From contig JAHBSF010000002.1 in assembly GCA_019639255.1 (NCBI GenBank), forward strand, positions 5,117 through 69,116: DNA of 64,000 nucleotides, written 5' to 3'. This document shows positions 1-9,425 of the stretch, piece by piece. The translations under genes and the position numbers were made by a program. The notes beneath the pieces were generated by a model. It worked only from the letters and a program-made list of their open reading frames with translations, had not been told where the DNA came from and searched no databases. Position 1 is the stretch's first letter. The number at the start of each line of letters is the position of its first letter. Source of the DNA: Acidobacteriota bacterium (lineage in GTDB: Bacteria; Acidobacteriota; Blastocatellia; RBC074).

Positions 1-27
1 GCGTTCAGGGCACTGTGTGCCGTCATA

Positions 28-2490
28 TTGTTTATTTTCCTTTCGGGGCCGGCATTCGCTCAGGCGGCGCTTCGTGTTTTCGCCGTAGATCCTTCCAATC
101 AGCCCGTGGTCGACGTTACGGTGCAGCTCAAGCGTTCGGGTGCGGTTGCAGCCACGGCGCGTACGAATGAAAAGGGTGCGGTTGAGTTTCCCAATGTAAC
201 GGCCGGACGCTACGAGGTAACGGTCGCACGCGACGGCTACGAATCCATGAGCCGCAGCGACATCATCATCTCGCCGGGTTCTCCGCTGGAAGTTCGATTT
301 TCACTGGTTCCGAAAATCGAACTGAAAGAGGGCGTCACCGTAACGGCGAGCGCAGGCACGCCGGTTGAAGCCGGAGCTGCGACGCCCGGCGGGCAATTCG
401 AGCGCAAGCAACTTTATGATCTTGCAAACCGGCCCGCGAACGTAGCCGATACGTTGCCGCTCGTGCCCGGCGTGACGCGCACGCAGGACGGAGAGATAAA
501 TATACTGGCGAGCGGCGAACACCGAAGCGCGCTTGTAGTCAACTCCGCCGATGTGACCGATCCGGCTACGGGACGCTTCGGGATGACGATTCCAGTAGAC
601 AGCGTCGAGCGCATAGACGTATTCAAATCGCCATTTCTGGCGCAATACGGGCGGTTCACGGCCGGGGTTGTGTCGGTAGAGACGCGGCGCGGCGGCGAAC
701 GGTGGAGCTTCGATGTGCGCGATCCGCTGCCCGCATTTCGTTTTCGCAGCGGGCATCTTGCGGGTCTGCTCAACGCCTCGCCCCGCATCGTTTTCAACGG
801 GCCGCTCATCAAGAACCGGTTTTATATTTCCGAAGGCGTGGAATACAGGCTTTTCAAGGAACCGATACGTACACTCGATCATCCGAACCGCGAGATGAAA
901 ACCGAATCGGTGAATTCATTTACGCAATTCGATTACATCGTATCCCCGACGCACACGCTCACCGCAACCGTGCACGCCGCGCCGCGCAAGGCGCTTTACG
1001 CCAATCTGAACTTTTACGATCCGCGTCCCGTATCGTCGAACTTCAGCGCGCGCGATTACACATCGACGCTCATCGACCGCCTCGCGATCGGCGGGCACCT
1101 TCTGGAAACCACGTTCGCCTACAAGCAATACGGCAGCGATGTATGGGGGCAGGGCCGCGGAGAAATGACGTTGACGCCGGTGGGCAATCGCGGCAATTTT
1201 TTCAACGAGCAGAACAGGAACGCATCGCGCCTGGAGCTGATAGAGCAGTTCACTCCCGCAACCTTCGATTATCTCGGCGCGCACAATCTGCGGTTCGGCG
1301 CATCGCTTGCCCGCACTATTAGCAGGGGGCAATGGTTTGCGCGCACGGTCAATATCGAGGATGCGCAGGGCCGACTGCGGCGGCGCATAGATTTCGCCGG
1401 CGGGCGTCCGTTTGAGGTCAGCGATACGGAAACAGCCGTTTACGCGCAGGACAACTGGGTGCTGCATCCGCAGTTCGCAATAAATTTCGGCGGTCGTGTG
1501 GAACGGCAGTCGATTGCGGGCAGCGTGAGGGTCACTCCCCGCTTCGGATTGTCGTGGGCGCCGTTCGGAATGAGGGACACGGTAGTGCGCGGCGGCGCGG
1601 GCGTTTTCTACGACCGGGTGCCGCTCAATGTCTATGCTTTTGACAGCTATCCCGAACAGATTGTAACGACGTACGGATCAAACGGGGAGGTGACGGACGC
1701 CCCGCGCCGTTATGCAAACATCATCGGGCGCAGCGGGCGAGGTTTTGGATTTGTGAGGGAAGCGGATCGCGCGGGCAATTTTTCGCCGCACAGTTTGACG
1801 TGGAGCGTAGAGTTGGAGCGCGGTTTCGGGCGTCATCTGCGCCTGAAGACGAACTATATGCAGGCGCAATCGGGAGGGCTCGTGCTGCTCACACCCGGAA
1901 AGGTTTCGGGGAAAGACGCGCTGCTTGTGAGCGGCGACGGCAGTTCGCGTTACCGGCAGTTCGAGGCGACGGCGAAGGTTGTATGGAGGGAGGAAGAGAA
2001 CTTCATTTTTTCGTATGTGCGCAGCCGGGCCAAGGGCGACATCAACGAATTTACGGATTATCTGGGCAATTCGCCGTTTCCCGTGATCCGCACGAATCAG
2101 TACACGAATCTGGGCGGCGATCTTCCGCACAGGTTTCTCGCCTACGGCCTGATCAAGGCGCCGCTGCGCGTAAGAATCGCGCCGCTCATTGAATACCGCA
2201 ACGGATTTCCCTACGCCGCGCTCGACGAACATCAGCAGTATTCGGGCGTGGCGAATTCGGATCGGACGCGGTTTCCTAACTTCTACTCGCTCGATCTGCG
2301 CGTGATGAAGGATTTCGACGTGAAGTTTCGCGGCGACAAGTATACGGTGCGGTTGTCGTTTGTAGGCTACAACGTGACGAACCATTTCAATCCGCTCGAT
2401 GTGCGCCGCAATGTGGCGGACCTGCTTTCGGGCGTTTTCTTCGGGCGTTACCGCCGCTGGTACAAGATGGACTTCGAGATTTTCTTCTGA
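28..2490 (+). CDS. TonB-dependent receptor-like outer-membrane protein (carboxypeptidase-regulatory-like N-domain + plug/barrel); 5' end probably truncated by window edge
   Basis: 820-aa ORF. The N-terminal '[24 protein letters not shown]...[14 protein letters not shown]' is the CarboxypepD_reg beta-sandwich typical of Acidobacteria TonB receptors. '[17 protein letters not shown]' is plug-like. Only 27 nt lie upstream, so the signal peptide is likely cut off. Confidence 0.7.
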   Translation: MFIFLSGPAFAQAALRVFAVDPSNQPVVDVTVQLKRSGAVAATARTNEKGAVEFPNVTAGRYEVTVARDGYESMSRSDIIISPGSPLEVRFSLVPKIELKEGVTVTASAGTPVEAGAATPGGQFERKQLYDLANRPANVADTLPLVPGVTRTQDGEINILASGEHRSALVVNSADVTDPATGRFGMTIPVDSVERIDVFKSPFLAQYGRFTAGVVSVETRRGGERWSFDVRDPLPAFRFRSGHLAGLLNASPRIVFNGPLIKNRFYISEGVEYRLFKEPIRTLDHPNREMKTESVNSFTQFDYIVSPTHTLTATVHAAPRKALYANLNFYDPRPVSSNFSARDYTSTLIDRLAIGGHLLETTFAYKQYGSDVWGQGRGEMTLTPVGNRGNFFNEQNRNASRLELIEQFTPATFDYLGAHNLRFGASLARTISRGQWFARTVNIEDAQGRLRRRIDFAGGRPFEVSDTETAVYAQDNWVLHPQFAINFGGRVERQSIAGSVRVTPRFGLSWAPFGMRDTVVRGGAGVFYDRVPLNVYAFDSYPEQIVTTYGSNGEVTDAPRRYANIIGRSGRGFGFVREADRAGNFSPHSLTWSVELERGFGRHLRLKTNYMQAQSGGLVLLTPGKVSGKDALLVSGDGSSRYRQFEATAKVVWREEENFIFSYVRSRAKGDINEFTDYLGNSPFPVIRTNQYTNLGGDLPHRFLAYGLIKAPLRVRIAPLIEYRNGFPYAALDEHQQYSGVANSDRTRFPNFYSLDLRVMKDFDVKFRGDKYTVRLSFVGYNVTNHFNPLDVRRNVADLLSGVFFGRYRRWYKMDFEIFF

Positions 2491-2494
2491 GGGT

Positions 2495-2623
2495 GCGGAA
2501 GGCGGGGAGAAGAGTAACAACGGAACAGACGGAAAGAGACGGAACAGACGGAAGCGAAGAAAGAAAAGGGAAAAAAGAAAAGGGGAGAAAAGGAGAGAAG
2601 GGGAGAACGAGAGCAACGTAGAG
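2495..2623 (+). repeat. ~130-nt polypurine (GA-rich) tract between the TonB receptor stop and the enolase-family start; contains ACGGAACAGACGGAA motifs resembling the left arm of hairpin repeat family 1
   Basis: Direct read of 'ggaaggcggggagaagagtaacaacggaacagacggaaagagacggaacagacggaagcgaagaaagaaaagggaaaaaagaaaaggggagaaaaggagagaaggggagaacgagagcaacgtagag'. Almost no pyrimidines on the + strand. Confidence 0.55.
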
Positions 2624-3868
2624 ATGAAGATCACCGATATTCGCGCCACACCCGTCACCGTTCCGCTCGAAGCTCCGCTGCGCCACGCCAATGGCTGTCA
2701 CTGGGGAAGGTTCGTCAGAACGATTGTCGAGGTGGATACCGACGAGGGGTTGACGGGGCTGGGCGAGATGGGCGGGGGAGGCGAGTCGGCGGTTGCAGCG
2801 TTTAACGGACTGAAGTCCTATCTTGTCGGACGCGATCCGGCGCGCATCGAAGAGATGCGTTTCCTGATTGCAAATCCTACGGCATCGCTTTACAACAACC
2901 GGACGCAGTTGCTCGCAGCGCTCGAATTCGCCTGCCTCGATCTGCTCGGACAGAAGTGGGGCGCGTCGGTTTCGGATCTGCTCGGCGGCAGGCTGCGCGA
3001 TTGCGTGCCGTTTGCTTCGTATCTTTTCTTTCGTTATCCGAATCCGAAGGACGGAGCGGGCGAGGTTCGCACGCCGGAACAGTTGATTGCAAACGCGCTT
3101 GAATTAAAGCGCAAATACGGTTTTACCTCGCACAAGCTGAAGGGCGGGGTGTTTGCGCCGGAATACGAACTGGATTGTTACGGCGCGCTCGCCGCCGCGT
3201 TGCCGGGCGATCGTTTTCGCTTTGATCCGAACGCCGTGTGGTCTGCGGAGCAGGCGATATGGTTCGGCCGGCAGATCGAGGGGATTCGCAACGATTATCT
3301 CGAAGACCCCGTTTACGGATTGCACGGTATGCGAAGAGTGCGCGAGAAACTGCGCACCCCGCTTGCCACCAATACCGTGGTAGTCAACTTCGAGCAGCTT
3401 GCCGCAAACGTGCTCGACGCGGCCGTGGATGTGATACTGCTCGATACGACCTTCTGGGGCGGCCTGCGCCAGTGCGTCAAGGCCGCGGGCGTATGCGAAA
3501 CGTTTCAACTGGGCGTGGCCGTGCATTCATCGGGCGAACTGGGAATACAACTCGCCACGATGCTTCATCTGGGAGCTGCGATCCCGAATCTTTCGTTCGC
3601 CGCTGACGCGCATTACCATCATCTGACCGATGATGTAATCGAGGGCGGGAAGCTTCAGTACAAAGACGGGGCGATCGAAGTGCCCAAGGGTCCGGGCCTC
3701 GGCGTGCAGCTCGACCGCGAAAAGCTGTGCGAATATCACGAGATGTTTTTGCGCCTCGGAAATTATCCTTACGATCAGGACCCGCTGCGGCCCGGATGGA
3801 CTCCCGTGCTTCCGAACGATCGCTGGGCCGATCCCTCGGACGGGCGTATCCCGGAGATACCATTTTGA
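2624..3868 (+). CDS. Enolase-superfamily enzyme, glucarate dehydratase (GudD)-like
   Basis: The start was moved to the 'MKITDIR' Met (codon 76 of ORF 2399..3868) because the upstream part translates the polypurine tract. Family landmarks match glucarate dehydratase: '[18 protein letters not shown]', 'KLKGGV', 'DPNAVWS', 'EDP', 'PLATN', '[21 protein letters not shown]', C-terminal 'PGLGVQLD'. Confidence 0.78.
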   Translation: MKITDIRATPVTVPLEAPLRHANGCHWGRFVRTIVEVDTDEGLTGLGEMGGGGESAVAAFNGLKSYLVGRDPARIEEMRFLIANPTASLYNNRTQLLAALEFACLDLLGQKWGASVSDLLGGRLRDCVPFASYLFFRYPNPKDGAGEVRTPEQLIANALELKRKYGFTSHKLKGGVFAPEYELDCYGALAAALPGDRFRFDPNAVWSAEQAIWFGRQIEGIRNDYLEDPVYGLHGMRRVREKLRTPLATNTVVVNFEQLAANVLDAAVDVILLDTTFWGGLRQCVKAAGVCETFQLGVAVHSSGELGIQLATMLHLGAAIPNLSFAADAHYHHLTDDVIEGGKLQYKDGAIEVPKGPGLGVQLDREKLCEYHEMFLRLGNYPYDQDPLRPGWTPVLPNDRWADPSDGRIPEIPF

Positions 3869-3943
3869 GAACAAGGTAAACACGGGAAGCGGGCGGAAAA
3901 CGCGGATGGCTTTTTTCGCAGTTTCCGTTCGATCCCGCGATCT

Positions 3944-5149
3944 GTGCGTCCTCTCTTCCGGTTTGTGAACTTGAGCACATTGATTATAGTGTCGATAATC
4001 CGCGCGATATGTCTGCTTCCGGTTATGGGAGGATCGGTTTTCAGTCTGCTTGCTGTATGGGCGGGGGCGCGTTTTCGTCGCAGGGGCGGGGGAGTGCAGC
4101 CGGCTATATGGCCTGCGGTGAGCGTGCTCAAACCGGTTTACGGGCTGGAAAAGAATCTGCACGAGAATCTGCGCAGCGCCTGTTTGCAGGATTATCCGGA
4201 CTACGAAGTGATTTTTTCCGTGCAGCGGCCCGATGATCCCGCGCTTGCTGTGCTTGCGGAAATCGAGCGCGAATTCGGGCCCGATCGTGTGCGGGTGGTT
4301 ATAGAACAGAAGCGGCCCGGCACCAACGGAAAGATAAACAACCTTGCGGGCGGATTGCCCCGCGCGCGCCACGATGTTCTGGTCATAAGCGACAGCGATG
4401 TGCGTTTGCCGCGCGGCTATTTGCGTGCGATCATTTCGCCTCTTGCCGATGCCGGGGTCGGTTTCGTATGCACGCCTTATCGCGCCGCCGAAGCATATAC
4501 CTGGTTTGAGAAAATGGAACTGCTTTCGCTCAACGCGGACTTTATGCCGAGCGTGGTGTTTGCGTATGAAAGCGGCGCGTCGAAGTTCTGTCTGGGCGCG
4601 TCGATTGCGGTGCGGCGCGAAACGGTGGAGGAGGTGGGCGGAATCGAGGCGTTGGCGGATTATCTGGTCGAAGATTACGAAATGGGCCGCAGGATCATCG
4701 AGACGGGCAAGCGCGGCGTGCTGGTTGCTCCCGTAGTCGAAACGATGGTGGATCTGAAGCGGCCGGGCGACTGGTGGAAGCATCAGGTTTACTGGGACCA
4801 GAACACGCGCGCGGCGCGGCCGCTGGCGTTTTTCTTCACGGCGATAATTCGCGCCGTGCCGTTTGCGTTGCTGTATGCGCTGCTCGATCCGGCGAATCCG
4901 GCGGGGTGGGCGGTGCTTGCCGCCGCAGTTGCACTGAGAACGGGGACGGCCGCCTGGATTATGAGCCGCGTGTTTGAAGACCGCGAGGGCGTGCGCGCGT
5001 TGTGGCTGCTGCCGGCGCGCGATCTCTGCGGACTTCTTTCCTGGGCGCTGGCGTTTGTGCGGCGAACGACTACGTGGCGCGGCGCGAAATTCATACTGAC
5101 GCGCGACGGCAGGCTGATTGCGGAGGAGGAAGAAAGTGCTGAGTGCTGA
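3944..5149 (+). CDS. GT21-family glycosyltransferase (ceramide glucosyltransferase / HpnI-like), membrane-anchored
   Basis: There is an N-terminal TM segment. The conserved blocks match the ceramide glucosyltransferase family: 'SVLKPVYGLEKNLHENL...DYPDYEVIFSVQRPDDPA', 'GTNGKINNLAGG', 'ADYLVEDYEMGRRI'. The last ~6 codons and the stop lie inside the terminal repeat of palindromic element family 2. Confidence 0.7.
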   Translation: MRPLFRFVNLSTLIIVSIIRAICLLPVMGGSVFSLLAVWAGARFRRRGGGVQPAIWPAVSVLKPVYGLEKNLHENLRSACLQDYPDYEVIFSVQRPDDPALAVLAEIEREFGPDRVRVVIEQKRPGTNGKINNLAGGLPRARHDVLVISDSDVRLPRGYLRAIISPLADAGVGFVCTPYRAAEAYTWFEKMELLSLNADFMPSVVFAYESGASKFCLGASIAVRRETVEEVGGIEALADYLVEDYEMGRRIIETGKRGVLVAPVVETMVDLKRPGDWWKHQVYWDQNTRAARPLAFFFTAIIRAVPFALLYALLDPANPAGWAVLAAAVALRTGTAAWIMSRVFEDREGVRALWLLPARDLCGLLSWALAFVRRTTTWRGAKFILTRDGRLIAEEEESAEC

Positions 5150-5474
5150 GAAGAAGTGCTGAGTGCTGAGTGCGATTCGGAAATCAGAACTCTGTAAACA
5201 AGGTTCTTTGAGTTTTTCAGCCGCGGAGCGGCGAAAGATCTGTAGCCTGGTGCGTGAGCGCCAGGTCAGCAGAAAAAAAACGTTCAAGCCCTGAAAGGGC
5301 GAAAGATCTTCCGCCCCTCCGGGGCTGGTACGGCTTCTCTACACCCACCCAGGGCTTACGCCCTGGGCTACAGATCTTTCGCCGCTCCGCGGCTGAAAAA
5401 CTCAAAGAACTTTGTTTACAGAGTTCTGATTTCCGAATCGCACTCAGCACTTCTTCTCAGCACTTTCTTCTTCC
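5126..5474. repeat. Palindromic element family 2, copy 1 (~350 bp): long terminal inverted repeats ('...CGATTCGGAAATCAGAACTCTGTAAACAAGGTTCTTTGAGTTTTTCAGCCGCGGAGCGGCGAAAGATCTGTAGCC' and its reverse complement) around an asymmetric ~120-bp core; AGTGCTG heptad tandem repeats at both tips
   Basis: The inverted repeats were read directly. The left arm ~5126-5245 pairs with the right arm ~5355-5474. The core holds a third copy of the GAAAGATCT motif. Confidence 0.65.
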
Positions 5475-5503
5475 CCGATAACCGAGAGGGAGATGGGCGA
5501 CAG

Positions 5504-5932
5504 ATGTTCAGAGTTCTTGTTGCTGCGGCCATTGCGACGTTTTCGGGAGCGTTGGGGCAGATACTGCTGCGACGCGGAATGCAGGCCGTGGGGCCGCTTG
5601 AAAACTACGCTCCGCTGGAAATGCTCGCATACTTCTGGCGCGCGTTGATCGATCCGTATGTCATATGCGGGACGCTTTTGAGCGCGGTGTTTTATTTCGC
5701 ATTGCTTGCGGCGCTGGGCTGGACCGACGTTACGGTGGCTTTTCCTCTTACTGCGCTCGAATACGCATTCGGCGCATTGCTTGCCGTGATGATTCTTAAA
5801 GAGCGCGTGCCGGGGCTGCGCTGGACCGGCATCGCTCTGATAATTCTCGGCGTTGTACTCGTCAGTCTGACCGGAGAAGTCGATCATCCGGTCTCAGGTG
5901 ATGCAACGAAACAAATCGAAAGGAACGAATGA
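5504..5932 (+). CDS. Small 4-TM EamA/DMT-type membrane protein (ArnE/ArnF-like flippase subunit)
   Basis: 142 aa with four predicted hydrophobic helices. Its stop overlaps the next start (ATGA), so it is operonic with the DegT aminotransferase. Confidence 0.55.
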   Translation: MFRVLVAAAIATFSGALGQILLRRGMQAVGPLENYAPLEMLAYFWRALIDPYVICGTLLSAVFYFALLAALGWTDVTVAFPLTALEYAFGALLAVMILKERVPGLRWTGIALIILGVVLVSLTGEVDHPVSGDATKQIERNE

Positions 5933-7080
5933 AAGCTCAGGAGATGGAGAAGGCAAACATACAGGAAAGAAAAATTCCCGCAGCGAAGATACAGTTCTTG
6001 CCGGAAGACAGGGCGTGGATAACCGAACGTATCGCTGAAGTTCTCGAAAGCGGGCAGTTGACGCTCGGCAAATACGGCGCCGAGTTCGAACGCCGCTTCG
6101 CCGATTTGTGCGGAGTGCGCCACGGCGTTGCGGTCAACAGCGGCACGTCCGCTATGGAAATCATCCTTCGCGCCGCAGGCGTCGAGGGCCGCGAGGTGAT
6201 TGTTCCGACCAATACCTTTTTTGCGACCGCCGCTGCGGTACTGCACGCGGGCGCGCGCCCAGTGTTCATCGATATGGACCCGGAAACATTCGCCGTCAAA
6301 CCCGAAGATGTCGAAGCGGCGATCACACCGGACACCGCCGCGATAGTCGTAGTTCACATAGGCGGCATCGTCACGCATCGCATGCCGGAATTGCTGGCTA
6401 TAGCCGCTCGGCGGGGACTACCGCTGCTGGAAGATGCAGCGCACGCGCACGGATCATCGTTCGAAGGGGTTCGGGCCGGAGCCTTCGGACTTGCGGGCGC
6501 ATTCAGTTTTTATCCGACCAAGGTGATGACTTCGGGCGAGGGCGGGATGATCGTTACAAACGATGACCGCATAGCCGAGGAAGCGCGCATATACCGCGAT
6601 CAGGGCAAGGCCAGTTTTACCGTGAATGCACACGTGCGTCTGGGCTACAACTGGCGCATGTCTGAACCGCACGCAATCATCGGACTCAAACATCTCGAAC
6701 GCCTGCCGCAGATGATTGCAGACCGGCGGCGCATAGCGGCTTATTACGACCGGGCGCTGGCGTCGTTCAATAATCTCGACGTAGTGCGACCGGCCGAGGA
6801 CGGCGTCTCGAATTACTACAAATACATGGCCGTGCTGCGGGAAAGCCGCGACAGGAAGGCGTTGAAAATGGAATTGCGCGAGCGCTACGGCGTATCGCTT
6901 TCGGGCGAGGTTTATGAAGAACCGCTGCACAGGCAGCCGGTTTTTGCGGCGTATGCGACGCGTGAGCTTCCCGTTGCCGAAGACTACTGCGCGCGGCAGA
7001 TCTGCCTGCCGGTTTATTCCGGCATGGATGAGGCTGAAGCGCAGCAGGTCGTAGAGGCGCTTGCCTCGGTCATTGGATAG
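5929..7080 (+). CDS. DegT/DnrJ/EryC1/StrS-family PLP-dependent sugar aminotransferase (ArnB-like)
   Basis: It shows 'GKYGAEFERRFADLCGVRHGVAVNSGTSAM', 'FYPTKVMTSGEGGMIVTND' and the rest of the DegT fold signature along the full length. Confidence 0.85.
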   Translation: MKAQEMEKANIQERKIPAAKIQFLPEDRAWITERIAEVLESGQLTLGKYGAEFERRFADLCGVRHGVAVNSGTSAMEIILRAAGVEGREVIVPTNTFFATAAAVLHAGARPVFIDMDPETFAVKPEDVEAAITPDTAAIVVVHIGGIVTHRMPELLAIAARRGLPLLEDAAHAHGSSFEGVRAGAFGLAGAFSFYPTKVMTSGEGGMIVTNDDRIAEEARIYRDQGKASFTVNAHVRLGYNWRMSEPHAIIGLKHLERLPQMIADRRRIAAYYDRALASFNNLDVVRPAEDGVSNYYKYMAVLRESRDRKALKMELRERYGVSLSGEVYEEPLHRQPVFAAYATRELPVAEDYCARQICLPVYSGMDEAEAQQVVEALASVIG

Positions 7081-7125
7081 AAGCGATCTATACGCGATGT
7101 TTTTGAGGAGGAGCACAACGAAATT

Positions 7126-8043
7126 ATGGCAAAGGTTGCGGTAACGGGAGGAAGCGGGTTTATAGGTTCTCACGTAGTGGATGCGCTTGCGGATGCGGGG
7201 CACGAAGTGACGGTTATAGACCATCGCGTGCGGCCGCATCGCGAAGACGTGGCCTTCGAGGATGTGGATCTGATGGATCTGTCGTCGGTATTGTCGGCGA
7301 CGCGCGGCATCGAGCACGTATTCCATCTGGCCGCCGTGTCGAACGTCAACACGGCGCACAAGTATCCGGTTTATACGGCGGCGCTGAACGTGATGGGCAC
7401 TACACACGTTCTCGAAGCGGCGCGCATAAACGGGGCGCGCAGAGTTTATCTGGCTTCGACCGTATGGGTATACAACGGTATTCCCAACAACCTGCCTGCC
7501 GATGAAACCGCGCCCTTTTATCCGAACGGGGCGGGGCATATTTATACCTCGACGAAAATCGCATCGGAGATGGTATGCCACAATTACAGTCAATTGTACG
7601 GCGTGCCGGTGACGGTGCTGCGTTACGGCATCCCCTACGGTCCGCGAATGCGCGAGGAATTGCTGATCCCCGTGTTTCTGAAAAAAGCGCTTTCGGGCGA
7701 GGCGTTGACCGTATCGGGCAAGGGTGATCAGTTCCGCAAGTTTCTTTACATTACGGATCTTGCGCGCGCGCACGTTCTGGCTATGGACGAGCGCGCGGTC
7801 GGCGAGACTTACAACCTTGAAGGCGCGCGCAGAGTGACGGTGCTGGAAGTGGCTGAGGGAATAAAGAGGCTTGTGGGGGAGGGCGTGCGCATAGAGTTTA
7901 CGCCGGAGCGGCCCGGTGATTTCGGCGGCAAGGAAGTGATTGCTGAGAAGGCGAAGGCCGAGCTTGGATGGGCCCCGACCATCGAGTTCGGGGAAGGTCT
8001 TGAACGGACGGTTGAGTGGTTCAGGAAGAAGTGGTCGAAGTAA
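7126..8043 (+). CDS. NAD-dependent nucleotide-sugar epimerase/dehydratase (extended SDR; UDP-sugar 4-epimerase / UDP-GlcA decarboxylase-like)
   Basis: It has the 'VTGGSGFIGSHVV' Rossmann motif and the catalytic 'YTSTK' (YxxxK). Confidence 0.85.
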   Translation: MAKVAVTGGSGFIGSHVVDALADAGHEVTVIDHRVRPHREDVAFEDVDLMDLSSVLSATRGIEHVFHLAAVSNVNTAHKYPVYTAALNVMGTTHVLEAARINGARRVYLASTVWVYNGIPNNLPADETAPFYPNGAGHIYTSTKIASEMVCHNYSQLYGVPVTVLRYGIPYGPRMREELLIPVFLKKALSGEALTVSGKGDQFRKFLYITDLARAHVLAMDERAVGETYNLEGARRVTVLEVAEGIKRLVGEGVRIEFTPERPGDFGGKEVIAEKAKAELGWAPTIEFGEGLERTVEWFRKKWSK

Positions 8044-8068
8044 GAAACCGGAAGGGATCAGACAAGGG

Positions 8069-9205
8069 ATGGAAACGACAGCGAACATCCGTGAAGAAAT
8101 TGGGGGCGAAACGCAGCAGGGCGAAGTATGCCCGGTCAACTCCTGGAACGAATGGGACCCGCTCGAAGAGGTAATAGTCGGGCGGCTCGAAGGAGCCACG
8201 ATTCCGCCCGGACACGTCACGGTTACCTACAACGTGCCGCGCGCGGTAGCGCAGCTTGTGAAGCTTTTCGGCGGTATGCGCTATCCGGGGTGGATGAAAC
8301 GAGCCGCGCAGAAGCAGCTCGACGAGTTCATACACGTGCTCGAAGCCGAGGGCGTGCGCGTGCGCCGTCCGGAGGTTGTGGATTTCAAGCCGCGGTTTTC
8401 GACGCCCGACTGGAGTTCGCGCGGATTCTGCATCGCGTGTCCGCGCGACGGCTTTCTGGTCGTGGGCGACGAGATAATAGAAACGCCGATGGCGTGGCGC
8501 TCGCGCTATCACGAAAGCTTTGCATACAAGCCGCTGTTCAAGGAATATTTTCGCGCCGGCGCCCGATGGACCGTCGCGCCGCGCCCGCAACTGCTGGATT
8601 CGCTTTTCGACTACAGGTTCAGGATGCCCGAACCGGGCGGGCCTATGCGGTATGTGATAAACGATTCCGAACCCGTATTCGATGCGGCGGATTTCGTGCG
8701 CGCCGGGCGTCACATTTTTTATCAGAAGAGCAACGTAACGAACGATTCCGGCGTGGAGTGGCTGCGGCGGCATCTGGGCGAGCGGTGCGAACTGGTCGAG
8801 ATCGAGAGCCGGTGTCTGGACCCGATGCACATAGATTCGAGCGTGACGCTGCTGGCGCCGGGCAGGATTCTGGTCAATCCCGAATATATAGATGTTGAGC
8901 GTTTGCCGAAGCATTTCAAATCGTGGGATGTGATCGTAGCGCCGGAGCCCGATCCGCTGGCGAGTTCGGACGTGATGGCGCGGTTTTTTTCGATGTGCAG
9001 CAAATGGATCAGCGTCAACGTGCTGTCGCTCGACGAAAAGCGCGTGATCGTGGAAAAAACACAGGTCGGGATGATGAAGAAGCTGCGCGAATACGGCTTC
9101 GAACCCATTCCCGTAGCATTCGCCAACTACCTGCCTTTCGGCGGCGCATTCCATTGCGCGACGCTCGACATCCGCCGGCGCGGCGTGTTGCAGGATTACT
9201 TCTAG
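8069..9205 (+). CDS. Amidinotransferase (L-arginine:glycine amidinotransferase / StrB1 inosamine-phosphate amidinotransferase family)
   Basis: The start was set at the 'METTANIRE' Met (codon 44 of ORF 7940..9205). It gives near-collinear matches to AGAT family landmarks: 'PVNSWNEWDPLEEVIVGR', 'IETPMAWRSR', 'EPVFDAADFVRAGRHIF', 'DPMHID', 'VNVLSLDEKRV', and the active-site Cys block 'GGAFHCATLDIRRRGVLQDYF'. Confidence 0.88.
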   Translation: METTANIREEIGGETQQGEVCPVNSWNEWDPLEEVIVGRLEGATIPPGHVTVTYNVPRAVAQLVKLFGGMRYPGWMKRAAQKQLDEFIHVLEAEGVRVRRPEVVDFKPRFSTPDWSSRGFCIACPRDGFLVVGDEIIETPMAWRSRYHESFAYKPLFKEYFRAGARWTVAPRPQLLDSLFDYRFRMPEPGGPMRYVINDSEPVFDAADFVRAGRHIFYQKSNVTNDSGVEWLRRHLGERCELVEIESRCLDPMHIDSSVTLLAPGRILVNPEYIDVERLPKHFKSWDVIVAPEPDPLASSDVMARFFSMCSKWISVNVLSLDEKRVIVEKTQVGMMKKLREYGFEPIPVAFANYLPFGGAFHCATLDIRRRGVLQDYF

Positions 9206-9246
9206 ATCGAACCACAGCAGAATGGTACATACAACGGAGTCGGCAA

Positions 9247-9389
9247 CTGGGTACGCACGCGCCCTCGCGTGCGGTTTGTGACGAACAATAGCACGCGAGG
9301 GCGCGTGCGTACCCAGCAATGTGTCCCAATGTTTCGTGGTCTGATTTAGATCGAACCGTCCGGCAGTGGAATCGAAGAGAAACCGCGGA
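9247..9389 (+). repeat. Repeat family 3, copy 1: perfect 24-bp-stem hairpin (GGGTACGCACGCGCCCTCGCGTGC ... GCACGCGAGGGCGCGTGCGTACCC) followed by a conserved ~85-bp element (GCGTGCGTACCCAGCAATGTGTCCCAATGTTTCGTGGTCTGATTTAGATCG ... GAAGAGAAACCGCGGA) upstream of the GT39 gene
   Basis: Direct read. It is a near-identical copy of the element at 17056..17139. Confidence 0.5.
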
Positions 9390-9425
9390 ACACACGGAAT
9401 GAAACAGAACACACGGAATGGAAAG

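Noticed and set aside
2399-2623. N-terminal 75 codons of ORF 2399..3868 ([26 protein letters not shown]...)
   Set aside because: This is an artefact of translating the polypurine tract. The enolase-family protein clearly begins at MKITDIR (2624).
3527-5287. 586-aa minus-strand ORF overlapping the enolase-family and GT21 genes
   Set aside because: It is antisense to two well-supported plus-strand genes. The translation is Arg/Ala/Pro-rich low complexity, typical of the shadow frame of high-GC coding DNA. It has no recognisable domain.
6454-9412. Long minus-strand ORFs 6454..8220 (588 aa) and 8021..9412 (463 aa)
   Set aside because: These are shadow ORFs opposite the DegT, epimerase and amidinotransferase genes. 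The plus-strand genes have strong family signatures and the minus-strand translations are R/H/A-rich junk.
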